Shown: positions 36,350 to 47,549 of the stretch, in pieces
How the letters are laid out: each line of letters begins with the position of its first letter
Numbering within the stretch: position 1 is the first letter of the stretch
Source of the DNA: Selaginella moellendorffii
Lineage: Eukaryota; Plantae; Lycopodiophyta
Reading direction: 5' to 3'
NCBI RefSeq assembly: GCF_000143415.4
Contig: NW_003314268.1
Coordinates: 2,984,559-3,048,558 of the forward strand
DNA length: 64,000 bases
The notes under the pieces: generated by a model
What the model saw: the letters and a program-made list of their open reading frames with translations, nothing else
Database searches by the model: none
What the model was told of the DNA's origin: nothing
Position numbers and translations under genes: made by a program

Positions 36350-37498
36350 ATGGAGACATTGGTGCTGCCGTCGCAAGATCAGCTATCACAGCACCAGTAT
36401 TGGCAGAAGCGCAGTGTTATGGATCTCTTCTCCCCGCGCTCCACTCCTCCCAGGTATCACAAGGCAGATCTCTCGTCGCCAGCGTCTAGATCCATCCAGC
36501 GAACGAGTTCCGTGACCGATTTTTCCCCCCTTTCTCCCGTTGCACTCTCTCGGACGGCGGATGCGCGGCCGTCCACTGCCAGCGGCCGATTGTCCCAGAA
36601 CCAGAATCAACCTCCAAAGGGGAGATCTTCCCCTTCCAAGAACGCGAAAGGGAATACCAAGGTTTCTGGCAAAGGAGGCAACGGCAGCAATAAAACCAAG
36701 GGCAGCAAGGTCGGGGAGAATGGAATCGCCCCGAAGCCCAAATCAAAGATGGGTTTTGTCAAGAAGGACAAGGGTGGCACCAGGAAGGAGGAGTCGCCAC
36801 CCAAAATCACGATTTTGCAGCGCCCGCAGTCCAAGGAAGCCGCAATGCGCGATCTGGCCAAGATCACCGGGCTCCCACTGTCGGAGGTGTATGCAAAGAA
36901 CGGGCTTTCGGCTCCCGAGAACGCCGCTGTGAAGGGTTCGAGCAAGAGGGCGGATGATCCGGTGGTGAAAGCGGGTGCTGGAGTTGTCGCGAAGAACAGG
37001 CAGCGTGACGGTGCTGCTAGGACTGCCAAGTCCGTCAAAGTCGTCAAGGTGGTGGCCCAAATCGTCGCCGCCGCCGCTCTAGAGACGAAGAAGGAAGAAC
37101 AACGAGGTGGTGTTTTAGTGAAGGAGGAGGAGACTACCAAGGTGGCTACTACTACTACTACTACTACTACTGTAGATTCATCAACGAGAACAACGAAAGT
37201 TTTAGAAGAACCAGTCGGAGCTGCTAACAACAACAACAACAACAACAACGTCGTAAGCGATGGGTGTGGTGGCCCGTTTGCCCGGAACTTTGGCGAGGCC
37301 TTTTATCCTCCGCCATTGTTCGACGAGAAGTGGGCCGGGCCGGCCTTCACAAACTCGCCTCCGCCCAGCTCTCTCCCGATTCCAAACTTCTCGCTGAGGA
37401 AGCCGGAGATGCTGGCGGTGCAGGCCGAGTTTGCCAGGATCATGGACACGGAGGCGGCCACTCGAGGACTGCGCAGGATCCTCAACTTGGATTTCTGA
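36350..37498 (+). CDS. Low-complexity basic protein with C-terminal PNRC-type motif, intronless
   Basis: 382-aa ORF from METLVL; C-terminus WAGPAFTNSPPPSSLPIPNF ... ATRGLRRILNLDF. Confidence 0.8.
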   Translation: METLVLPSQDQLSQHQYWQKRSVMDLFSPRSTPPRYHKADLSSPASRSIQRTSSVTDFSPLSPVALSRTADARPSTASGRLSQNQNQPPKGRSSPSKNAKGNTKVSGKGGNGSNKTKGSKVGENGIAPKPKSKMGFVKKDKGGTRKEESPPKITILQRPQSKEAAMRDLAKITGLPLSEVYAKNGLSAPENAAVKGSSKRADDPVVKAGAGVVAKNRQRDGAARTAKSVKVVKVVAQIVAAAALETKKEEQRGGVLVKEEETTKVATTTTTTTTVDSSTRTTKVLEEPVGAANNNNNNNNVVSDGCGGPFARNFGEAFYPPPLFDEKWAGPAFTNSPPPSSLPIPNFSLRKPEMLAVQAEFARIMDTEAATRGLRRILNLDF

Positions 37499-38546
37499 GG
37501 GTAACTTAAGAACAGGAAGAACAAAGGTGGAGGAGGTGGTGGCGGACAGGAAAATGGTTACTTTGGAGGAGGATGGTTTGACTGGTGTGTACAATCGGGG
37601 TCTCGGGTTGTAGGAGAACTACTAGACAAGTAGTGTGCAGGAGTTTCAACAGGTATAGGATTGGATCTATCACTTGGATCACAGTCGGGAGGAAGAGGGA
37701 GAAACGCCCATCGTTTTTGGTGTGGGCAAAACTGCGGGGAAGTTTTCGTCGGAGGAGCAGCCAGCTTTAGATCGGGACTGGGCTGCCCGCGCTTGGCGAT
37801 CTCCGACGACATGTCCCCCAGCTCTCTTCCTTGGGTTCTTCTTTTCTTCACATTTTCTTCTAGTGTCACACTGGTTGCCGCGGAGACAAGGGACTTCTGG
37901 TGCGCAGAAGTAAATAATCCGGGCAACGTTTTGTATATAATCCGATAGGCGGTGGTGGCGGCGGCATCGAGAAAGGCTTGGCTCGGTGTATGTATACTAT
38001 ATGAAAGAATGGTGGTAAAAGGGGGGGATTGATGGACGTGGTGGTGGAACTTGCATCATTTTATTATAACTAATAGAGGCACACAAGGAAAAAAAACGAA
38101 AAAAAAAAAAAGAGGAAAAGAAACATAAAAACAAATGAGAGCGAGAGCAAGAGAGAAGGATTAATAAGCTTTTTGGTAATTTGACTGAATTAATATAAGA
38201 AATGCATGTAGATTAGAAAAACGTGATGGAGTCTATGATTTTGTGGGATTCTGTGTCCTTATTTTGTGGAGTTGGACATCCACTTGTTTGCTTGCGTATG
38301 TTTCGTGATGTTCCACCCAAATCGCATATGTTTTCATTGCGATTTTCATATATTCTGTTCCTGTATCATCTTTTTCCTATAGTGCTTGAATCAATCAGCT
38401 GGGGCCTCAGACTTTCAGACTGTTCCTGCCAACCATGCAAACGAGAAAAAAGCTTGCAACCTCAAAAGGTTTTCAAGCGAGAGAGAGGGACATGCTACCA
38501 TCGTTTGTGACCAAAACAAGAGACCAAAGCGAACTTTATAAAGAGA

Positions 38547-38571
38547 TGCGGTGAGCGTGGATCGAACACGC

Positions 38572-38614
<43 letters not shown>

Positions 38615-38619
38615 CCCGC
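38547..38619 (-). tRNA. tRNA-Phe(GAA)
   Basis: GCGGGGATAGCTCAGTTGGGAGAGCGTCAGACT-GAA-GATCTGAAGGTCGCGTGTTCGATCCACGCTCACCGCA, 73-nt cloverleaf. Confidence 0.98.
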
Positions 38620-38719
38620 TTCGGTGGAATCTCTCCCTCCAGCGAAATTACTATAGGAGCTTTCAAACAAGGGCATATTCGCAGATTTAGGGCTCTTGCG
38701 CATTACCATCGCGAGCGGC

Positions 38720-39506
38720 ATGAGCAGCTTCGCGGCGGCAGCGGCAAGGCGGCGCGCCTCTCCCTCCTCCACATCTGGTACTGGAATTTTTATCCCGGCT
38801 CCATTCTTAGAGCATCGCATTGCATACCAGGATCGTGGAGTAGTAGAATTTTCGCGTTCTCCACGAAAGCCCCGGAGAACAATGCGGATTCTCACGATGA
38901 TTTCAAGCCTGTTGCGAAGACTGCTGCTGGATCTGTCCACGAGATGATCGAGAAGGTTCTTTCTTGCATCTCTGTGTGTTTTTCCTTCCATTAACGAGGA
39001 GAATTTCCATCCAGGATATTCAAGGCAACCCCGTGATGGTGTATATGAAAGGCAATCCGGACGCTCCACAGTGTGGCTTTAGTGCCATGGTGGTGAGAAT
39101 CCTCAAGCACTACGGTATGGAAAATTATTCCCAGTCGATCGATCTCTTGGTTTTGATTCTTTTCTCGTTTTTCATCCACGCAGAGGTTCCTTTCAGCTCT
39201 AGAAACGTGCTTGAGGATGCCGAGCTCAGGGAAGGCGTAAAATCTTTCAGGTAAAACCAAGCTATCCATCCTGAGCTTGACAGAATTGTTCTGTTTTTTT
39301 TTCTCGTTTTTCTCAGCAAGTGGCCGACGATTCCTCAAGTTTATATCAAAGGCGAGTTTGTCGGTGGCTGTGACATTGTCACAAACATGCATCGGGTAAG
39401 AAGCAAACAAGAGGCAACAAAAGAATTGACATAAAATTCTCTTTTTGGTCCACAGTCTGGTGAACTGAAGGACAAATTAAAGGCTCTGAATCCAGATCTA
39501 CCATAG
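38720..39506 (+). CDS. GRXS15: Mitochondrial-type monothiol (CGFS) glutaredoxin, multi-exon
   Basis: [70 protein letters not shown]. Confidence 0.95.
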
Positions 39507-39569
39507 CAGTCAAGAGCAAATCTCACAAACACTTGAGCTTTTTCTCCGCGTTCATTTTGTTTTCCTTCC

Positions 39570-40260
39570 TCAGCATTCTTTGCTCTTCTCCAAGTGACAG
39601 AGTTGCCTCAGCCTGGTCGGAACATACCATATCCTCAGCTTGTCATTCCTGCTGAAAACTCCCTCGATATCCCAGTTGAGGTTCCTCGCCATCTCCACCA
39701 GCGGATAGTAGCAAGCCTGCCTCCACGCTCCAACATTCTCTCCTCGATCCTTAAACACCTTCCTCAGATGGTTGGACTGCTCCAGGTCCAGGCAGTGCAG
39801 CGCGTAGCAGTGGACGTAGTGTCTCATCTTCGGCTTGTTGATGTAGCTCGCTCCCCGGTGCTTGGCGTGCCGGAACACTTGGTTCGTCACCTACAAAGAC
39901 CGACTTTCCAGCGTAAGGAACTCCATTGCTTTCTATCAAGAACAAAATGACCAACTTTACCTTCGTAGGACACTTCTCTCCTCGCTCCTTGCACTGTTGC
40001 TGGACTTCGTCGAGGTACCTCCCGCACTGCTCGTAGAGATCAAACAGGTAGTCGAGGCCGTTCTTCTTCCCCCTGGCAAGCTCTCCGGGCTCCGTCACTA
40101 TGAAGGGGTGCTCTCTCGGCCTGTCCTCCTCGCCGTCCTCCCCATCGTCCTTGGACCTTTTGCGCTTTTGTTTCTTCTTCCTCTTCCTCTCGGTATCACT
40201 TCCTCCTCCGGCGTCGCCAGCCGGAACGATGCTCGTTCCAGCGACCAGCTGCTGTGGGTG

Positions 40261-40294
<34 letters not shown>

Positions 40295-41105
40295 GCTAGA
40301 AGCAAAGGATCTCTCACCACAAGGGCTCCTCCAATTCCATCTGGTATTAGTATGCTGGCTGCAGTGTTACTGTTGCTAACGTTGTCTCTTCTTCCAGGCA
40401 CTGGAACACGATCGAGAATATAAACTTGTGTAGACCAGGAAGATACAGAGACAATGGAGGATAGAGAAAGAGGTGCGTACCTTCTTTGGAAGTCGTAGCG
40501 TGATCTTCGAGCCTTCGCCTCTTATCCACAGTTCTGGGAGGCTGCTGCTGAGCTTTGGACGACGACTTTTGCCGCTCCAGATCGTCCTCGAGGTGCTTCC
40601 GCTCCGCCCGAATGGCCGACTTGATCCCATACTTCTCTCCCACCAGGAGCTCGACGTGGTAACCCTCGAGCATTGTTTTGATCACGTCCTCCAACTCCTG
40701 ATCCGTCATGTTCACCAGCGTCTGGACCGTGAATCCCATCTCGGCCATCTTTGCCAGAGTCGTGATGCGCACGCCATAGTCCTTGAAGAGCTCGTCCAGC
40801 GTCTTGGCGTCTCGGCGGCGGGGAGGCGGAGGAGGAGGCGGCGGCGGCGCTAGAGGCAGCGGGGCTCCCCCAGGTCCGGCGGAGGTGAAGCCAAACTCGA
40901 AAGCCCGAGGAGGAAGATGGCGGTGGTGGTGGTGATCGAGAGCTCCTCCTCTTCCAGCGGCGGCGGCAGCGGCGGCGGCGGCGGCATTTGGATTTGGAGC
41001 TACATTCCCAGCGGCGGGAACTGGGTGATGAGCGACAGTGGCGCCGCCCTGTAGGCGAGGCTCCCAGGCCCGAAAGAGAGCTCCCGGGAACCCTTCGGGA
41101 TCCAT
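39570..41105 (-). CDS. LFY: LEAFY/FLORICAULA transcription factor, 3 exons (41105-40481, 40400-39961, 39890-39570), 461 aa
   Basis: [17 protein letters not shown] domain ([29 protein letters not shown]), DNA-binding domain [67 protein letters not shown]. Confidence 0.99.
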
Positions 41106-41872
41106 GATCCACCGTGAGCGCTCTCTCCTTCTATCCCTCTCTCTCTTTTCTTGCTTCTTGTGAATGGATAGATGAACCAAGATCTAGAATGGAGCTAGAG
41201 ATTGGCTAAACACCACCTGGGAAGCGACAGTGTCCTACATTTCGCGGTGGCGGCCATGTCCATCGCATCGCCTCGTTGCTCAGTTCTACTTAGGGCTGTC
41301 ACTCTCAACTTCGTTAGCGCTGCGGGCTTAAGGATAAAAGTTGCACTTACTAAAAATGTATTATTATTTTCAATATTTATTGTATATTCTTTTTAAAATT
41401 TAGTAAGACCTCTAAAAAATTTGATTAAAAATAACTTAATAAATCTAATATAAAATTATAAAATCATATTTAAGAGAGGTACTAATCACAATATTTAATT
41501 AAAAAGTGATATTGGGCTTTCACCACATTATAAACAAAATTGTAACTCATTGTTTTTAAATTGATGTTTTATAATAAAAAAAATTATAATATTTTTATGT
41601 GCATATATAGTATGTAAAGAAATTCATATATAAAGCTATATTTTTAATCAGATAAATTGTAGATTTTTTAAATTCTAAAATGCAAAACGAAAAACTCAAT
41701 CATTTAAATAAATATAATCCACGAGAGCAAAGATTATATTATTCAGTGAATTTTTTGTTATTGTAAGTATATCATCTGAATAAAATATGAAGTTGCATTT
41801 CTTTACTTAATCAAATTTTATACTGGCTTTAAATAAAATTATTTTCATAAACATTAACTATGTTTTGTGCTT

Positions 41873-42813
41873 TTATGTAAACGTTGAGTTGGTTGCCCAG
41901 ACCGCCTTGCGTTTCCTATTGTTATACACCACCACATTCCTATCTGCCTGAACGACAAGGCTGCACGCCACCACACACCTCTTGCACACCATAGTCTTTG
42001 TATCCCACAAAGCCTTCACAACATTCATCACCTTCCCATATATTACAAGGTTACAGTCAAGCTGCATCCTCAAGTAGCACGCCCTGGCCGCCAGGAATGT
42101 GCCACTCGCCCACACGGCTCTCTTAACATTATCCTTGATATCATACAGCACCAAGTTGCAATCCCCCTGCATGGTAAGCCGAAAGATTTTGTTGGGCGAG
42201 AAGAGCGAGAAACCAGCTCGGAGGGTGCTCGTTTTCCTCTTGGCGCTTCCACTTACAAGACCGCCTCTGAAAGGATGGCAGTCAGCAACGGGTGAGGATG
42301 AAAGATGGTAACCGCCGGGGATTTCCGGAGTAGAGTTGTCAGAGCTGCTGGATAGCCTATCGTCCACCGCGTCCTCCAGGGCATACTCGATGCCAAAGTT
42401 GCCTTCCACGCCTGTGTAGTAGCTATACCCCCAGTGCTCGATGTTTGCAACATTCTCATGCCTTTGAAAACCTGGACGATATCAGAGCCAACATGGGTTG
42501 GGCCAAGCAGCGGGGTGGTGCTGCAAGAATCGTCGCCAGAGTGGGCCGGATCGAAATACCACAGCCGGAGGTAGACTTTCTTGCCATTGTCGATCTCTTC
42601 AAGATCGTCGAATGCGTCTCCGGGCCGTACAACCGTCTCGTGGTAGAGCGTGTCGACGAGCTCGTAGAGGGCTGTGAGAATTCTCCCGCAACTCACCCTG
42701 CTGATCGTCCTGGGGGTGCCTCTGTCCACTGCGTCGAAGGGCTTCGCAGCTGGAAGAAGAAACCCAAACATCGCTACAAGAACTAAATGCAAAGCTACGC
42801 CTGGAGAATCCAT
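41873..42813 (-). CDS. Signal peptide + unrecognised domain + bulb-type (GNA) mannose-binding lectin; apparent frameshift near 42460 (possible pseudogene or sequence error)
   Basis: Three QxDxNxVxY sites (QGDCNLVLY, QLDCNLVIY, QADRNVVVY) in ORF 41873-42409; overlapping upstream ORF 42253-42813 begins with a hydrophobic signal peptide. Confidence 0.75.
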
Positions 42814-43098
42814 CGATAGAATGTTGCCTGGTTTTGCTTGGATGGAGATGATCGAATGCCAGAGAGGCCTTGGTTAGCACGGACGTTCTTCGGGCTCGCC
42901 GCGCGCCACACTTGGGCGTTTGAAGAGGTTTCGCGACGGCGCGAGGTTCGAACCCGCGACCGGCCTTCCAGTCAACCTAGTAATCCAACGGTCAAGATTT
43001 GTTGAAAGATGGACTCGTGACAGGAGGAGCAGGGCTGCCGGCGCTCGGCGGCGGCGGCGCGCCAAAGCTCGGTAAGTTTTCTTCTAGCTCGGCTCGAC

Positions 43099-44395
43099 AT
43101 GGCGGCGGTCCTGGGGCGGCGATTAAGCTCCGCCAGACTTGTGGCCGGTCGATCGAGCTTGAGGCGATCGTTCGTGGGCGCTAGCGAGGTCGCCTACAAC
43201 TGGGAGGATTTCCCCGAGGATGGAGTGCTGGACGAGAATGTGGGCTGCAAGAGCTGGCCCGGGATGCAGTGGGTCTTTCTGGGATGCCCCGGCGTCGGCA
43301 AAGGAACCTACGCGAGCCGGCTCGCGCTGGGTTTGCGCGTTCCTCACATCGCAATGGGCGATCTCGTGAGGCAGGAGTTGAAACGAGACTCTCCTTTGTC
43401 TAAAGAGGTACGATTGAGTTTAGTTTCACCCAATGTTCTAGCCTCGATCACTTGAATTCTAGTCGCTCCTAGTTCTCCAAGGCTTGTTGCGATTTTTGGC
43501 TCGTGTTCTTCCAAGTTCTTGATCATATATCGGTTCTAGTTTGTGTTTTCCAAGTTCTAGAGCACTTTTGCATGTGTCTTCCCAAGTTCTTGATGATATC
43601 TCGGTTCTAGTTTGTGTTTTCCAAGTTCTAGAACACTTTTGCATGGTTTCTTATTATGGCATCGTTTTGATCCAGCTCAAGGATTTAGTGAGCCGAGGGA
43701 AGCTGCTTCCGGACGAACTCGTTCTCGGCCTTTTGACCAAGAGGCTGGAAGAAGCGTCCGCAAATCAGGACGTTGGATTCATCTTGGATGGATTTCCTCG
43801 CACTGCCAGTCAAGCCGTGAGTTTTCTCCTCAGACCCTTCGCCAACTATGTAGCTCAAGTAGTCAAGCGTACGTAAAACTCGAGTGTTTGTCATTGCAGA
43901 AAACGCTGGACTCGATCGCGAGCATAACTCTGGTCGTCAACCTGCGACTGCGGGAGGACGTCCTGGTTGCAAAGTGCCTGGGGCGGAGGATTTGCAGCCA
44001 GTGTCACGGCAACTTCAATGTCGCCAACGTGGACGTCCCAGAAACCGAGACTCTCCCCCGGATCTTCATGCCGGCCATCTTGCCACCCCCGCGGTGCCTG
44101 AAGAAGATGACCATGAGAAGCGACGACACGGAAGAAGTGATCAGGGAAAGGGTCCGGATCTACTCCCAGGAGGTCTGTGCTCTAAGAACTCCATAGGATT
44201 GTGATTGATTCATCGTCTTGCTTGCAGTCGAGACCCGTGGAGGACTACTATAGAGCACAGGGGAAGCTGCTTGACTTTGAGATCCTTGGCGGGATCCCGG
44301 AGACTTGGCCTCGCCTTTTGAGCGCGCTCAATCTCCAGGGCAAGATCGCCAACACGTCCCTTGTCTCCGCCGAGAAACAAAAGATCGCCGCGTAG
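43099..44395 (+). CDS. ADK: Organellar-type adenylate kinase, 4 exons
   Basis: QWVFLGCPGVGKGTYASRL, HIAMGDLVR, GFILDGFPRT, KCLGRRICSQC.GNFN, RSDDTEEVI, GGIPETWPRLL. Confidence 0.95.
43507..43646 (+). repeat. Tandem duplication of about 70 bp in ADK intron 1
   Basis: CCAAGTTCTTGAT.ATAT.TCGGTTCTAGTTTGTGTTTTCCAAGTTCTAGA.CACTTTTGCATG occurs twice. Confidence 0.9.
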
Positions 44396-44503
44396 CCTTG
44401 TCCATTATTTATTGTGTTGGTCGTGTGCGAGAGAGAAGTGTGGATATAGATTGTATAGTTTTGCAATAATATATGGCAAAGTTTTGGAAGATTATAACGT
44501 CTT

Positions 44504-44576
44504 GGGGGTGTAGCTCAGATGGTAGAGCGCTCGCTTTGCATGCGAGAGGTACCGGGATCGATACCCGGCGTCTCCA
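44504..44576 (+). tRNA. tRNA-Ala(TGC)
   Basis: GGGGGTGTAGCTCAGATGGTAGAGCGCTCGCTT-TGC-ATGCGAGAGGTACCGGGATCGATACCCGGCGTCTCCA; G3:U70 pair; followed by a T-rich Pol III terminator. Confidence 0.95.
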
Positions 44577-45105
44577 TTTATTTTACAAACATTTTTTCTT
44601 TGTAAATCAGAATTTAAAAATCAACTATAATAATGCCCTATAGTACGAGTCTTAAAACCAAAAAGCCAAATCCTAAAACTGAAAAATACACATGGTATAA
44701 AATATTATATGAAAGTAATGCACTGGTAAAACTATGTAGTAACATACATACTTTCACCATTGAATGACAGCAGCTAAATCTTGAGCGTGACGCACATCCC
44801 AGCTCTGTAAGAATGCCGCGCACAGCAAGATGCGAATTGCCCGCTTTGGGTATTGCCATTGCTACGATGGAGCTCCAGGCACACACTTGGTCCGGACACC
44901 GCATCATCCCTTGGAAGCCTCTGTTCATGAATGTGGGATTGATTCTAGTGATTCCCTCCCCGTATGTTTTACACACTCCATGAATGAAACACTCCCTCCA
45001 TGAATACGACCAAAGACTGTCAATCCACCGCCAATCTTTCGCAATAAACAGCGTGAATGCTCAAAGTTGTGGGGTTCGCAATTGATTTGGAAAACAAGCA
45101 TGCAA

Positions 45106-45841
45106 TCACCCTCGCTTCCTCTGGACCATAGCACCCGAGGCGTCGTGGTGATTGCGGCCAAATTGGCGCTTCCAAGAGCAAGAGGCACAGGTGCAAGACA
45201 GGTTGCGGCTGAGATCCAAATGCCGCTGCACGACTTGATGATATCGATACCGCTGCTGCTGCAGCTGCGCCAAGGCCATCCTGTAGGTGTTGTTCATCTC
45301 GAGGAGCGACGCCATGCCCTTGGCGGCCGCGAGGGGATGGCTGCTGTTGCTGCTGCTCCAGTCGAATCCCTTACGTGGGTCATCCCTGGTTCGAAGCCCA
45401 AGCGCCTTATTGAAGTAGTACATCTCTCCCGCCTGCATTGACAAGAGTGAGTGACTGATATTTTGGAGAAAAATCTTCTAGAGCGGCAGTAACCTTGAGA
45501 TCCAAGCATTGCTCCCAGCCTTCCGGCAGCGGCTGCGCTGAGAGGTGGAGGCTCACGTCCCGCATCGGCCAGCTGTTAAGGTTGCGCGCGCCATGAACGT
45601 CGAGCTGGAGATCACGGTCGGGAATGTTGACAGCAGCAGCATTGCGGTGGTCGTCGATCTTGCGCTTCCTGCTGCCGTTGATTACCTCGGCGCCAGCGCT
45701 GCTACTGCTCTCCTCGGTCGTGGCGGCGGCGGCGGGTGTTCTTACAAAGGAGGGCATCGGCTGGAAGCAGAAGGACGAAGGCGGCGCGAGTGACAGGCCC
45801 GCGTCTGTGAACTCGTGCTGGTTGAGGTGTAGAAGCTCCAT
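45106..45841 (-). CDS. WW-domain protein, CURLY FLAG LEAF1-like, 2 exons
   Basis: LHLSAQPLPEGWEQCLDLK spliced to AGEMYYFNKALGLRTRDDPR. Confidence 0.85.
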
Positions 45842-46922
45842 GGATGGATTCGACGTCTCCAGCCGCCTGGAAAGAGAAAGATATAGAAAGAAAAACCGAG
45901 GAAGACGAATTGGAAGAGACAGCAATGCTTGCAAAACCTCTCTTTCTTTTGCGTTTCCTCTCGGAGCAACGCTTCGCGCTTTCCACATCCTTTTCTCTCC
46001 TCCTCTTTTCGTTCCGACACACGGGAATTCCTGCGCAGGAGTGGTTCCATGGAAAAGAAAGCGCCCGCCGCTCGCGGAGACGAGAGAATATCTAGAGGGG
46101 TAAGACTGCATGCCATCTTATCTTATAAACTCTCTCGGCAGGCGTCAACTTCATGAAGGGAGGCCCATTCTTGCATGGCGACGCGGTTGATTTTTCCCGT
46201 CACTTGAATTTCTAGTGCGCGGGTCCTCTCTCTCTCTATGAGGCAATCGCATTGCATTCGCGCGGCGAGCGCTCTCTCTCTCTCTCTCTTCTCTCTCTCT
46301 CGCCGCATTCTCTCGATTTCCAGCCTCATTTAAGCGAATGCAAATCTATGGTACGTATATATCGCGAGAGAGACGCACAGTTCTTGTTCTGGCGATCAAC
46401 TAGAGTGGTCCTTCTCTCTTTATTTCTTTTTCTTTTCTTTTTTCGAGATTTCGCTATCAAGTCTTTACTCCTTGTGCTGTCTTGATGCGAGCCAATGGAA
46501 CAGACTTGTCTTTCTGGTTGATGCTGATGCTGATCTTCCTTCTTCCTCCGAGTCTGGCAAGGATGGGCTGCTCAGGATCTCTCACGTCACTCGCGCTAGC
46601 TTGGACTTCATTTTTGTGTTTTTTGCTGCTCCGGGATTCGCGGGATGGATGGCGGTCCTGCGCAGCAAGAGTTAATGAGATTAGATCGCTACCAGGAGTT
46701 TTATAAAGATCTCTGGCCTTTTCCTGGCTCCGGACGGACGAGGACGAGGACGAGGACAACAAAGCATACAAGACACAAGGAGCAGTGGCAAAATCGCTTT
46801 GCTTTGCTTTGCTTTGCTTTTCTCTGAGCAAAGTGTACAAGAAACAAGAGAGATTTTAGTCCGCGCTAGCCGCGAGAAAAGAAGCCTACTCGAGAGAACT
46901 TTGGAAACTCACTGGGCTGGCT

Positions 46923-47307
46923 TCACTTGGGATTCTTGAGCACGATGATGACCGAGTCGCCGCGGAGGAACATCTTGCTGATGAACCGGTCCTTGTTCAC
47001 GGGCTTGGCCTTCTTCTTCCCCTTGCCCGTCTTGGGCACCTCCGTCCACATCTCGCGGACGTTCTCCAGCACCATGTTGCAGTGGCGATCGAATGCCTTG
47101 ACGCGCCCCAGCAGCTTCCTGTTGTTCCTACAGTTGATCAGCACCTGGGAAAGAAACGAAGACAAGCTTAGCGCCGAGAGAGAGAGAGAGAGAGAGAGAG
47201 AATTTCACCATAGTGATTCTAACCTGGGTATTTTGCTTGACGCTCGAAGTGAGAACCGAGAGAGGCCCGATGTTAAACTCCTCCTCCTTCTTTGTGTCCT
47301 CCTCCAT
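46923..47307 (-). CDS. SmD2: snRNP core protein Sm D2, 2 exons
   Basis: [76 protein letters not shown]. Confidence 0.98.
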
Positions 47308-47549
47308 CGCTCGCGCGCCACTGGAACACAGGCAAACACACAAAGCTGAGCTGCGCACAAGCAAGCGCTCGCTTACCTCATTCTTCCTTTCCCGCTCCCA
47401 CGCGCCCTAACCCTAACGCTAACGCGAGTAGGATTCGAACCCCAGACCAGTACTCGAGAATGTGTGCTAGGATTCGAACCCTAGACCACTTAGTAAGATT
47501 CCGAAAATATGTTGGTAGCGCGAAAACTTTAGTACAAACAAACAGCCTC

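Noticed and set aside
42478-42490. PBS-like GATATCAGAGCC
   Set aside because: Imperfect match inside an ORF with no adjacent LTR end
43507-43646. Intronic C/D snoRNA pair in ADK intron 1
   Set aside because: TGATGA occurs in only one copy and there is no CTGA D box or terminal stem; a simple duplication explains it
46130-46900. Small ORFs or a miRNA between the CFL1-like gene and SmD2
   Set aside because: ORFs derive from GA/CT microsatellites; I recognised no conserved miRNA or long hairpin, so it is probably leader/promoter sequence
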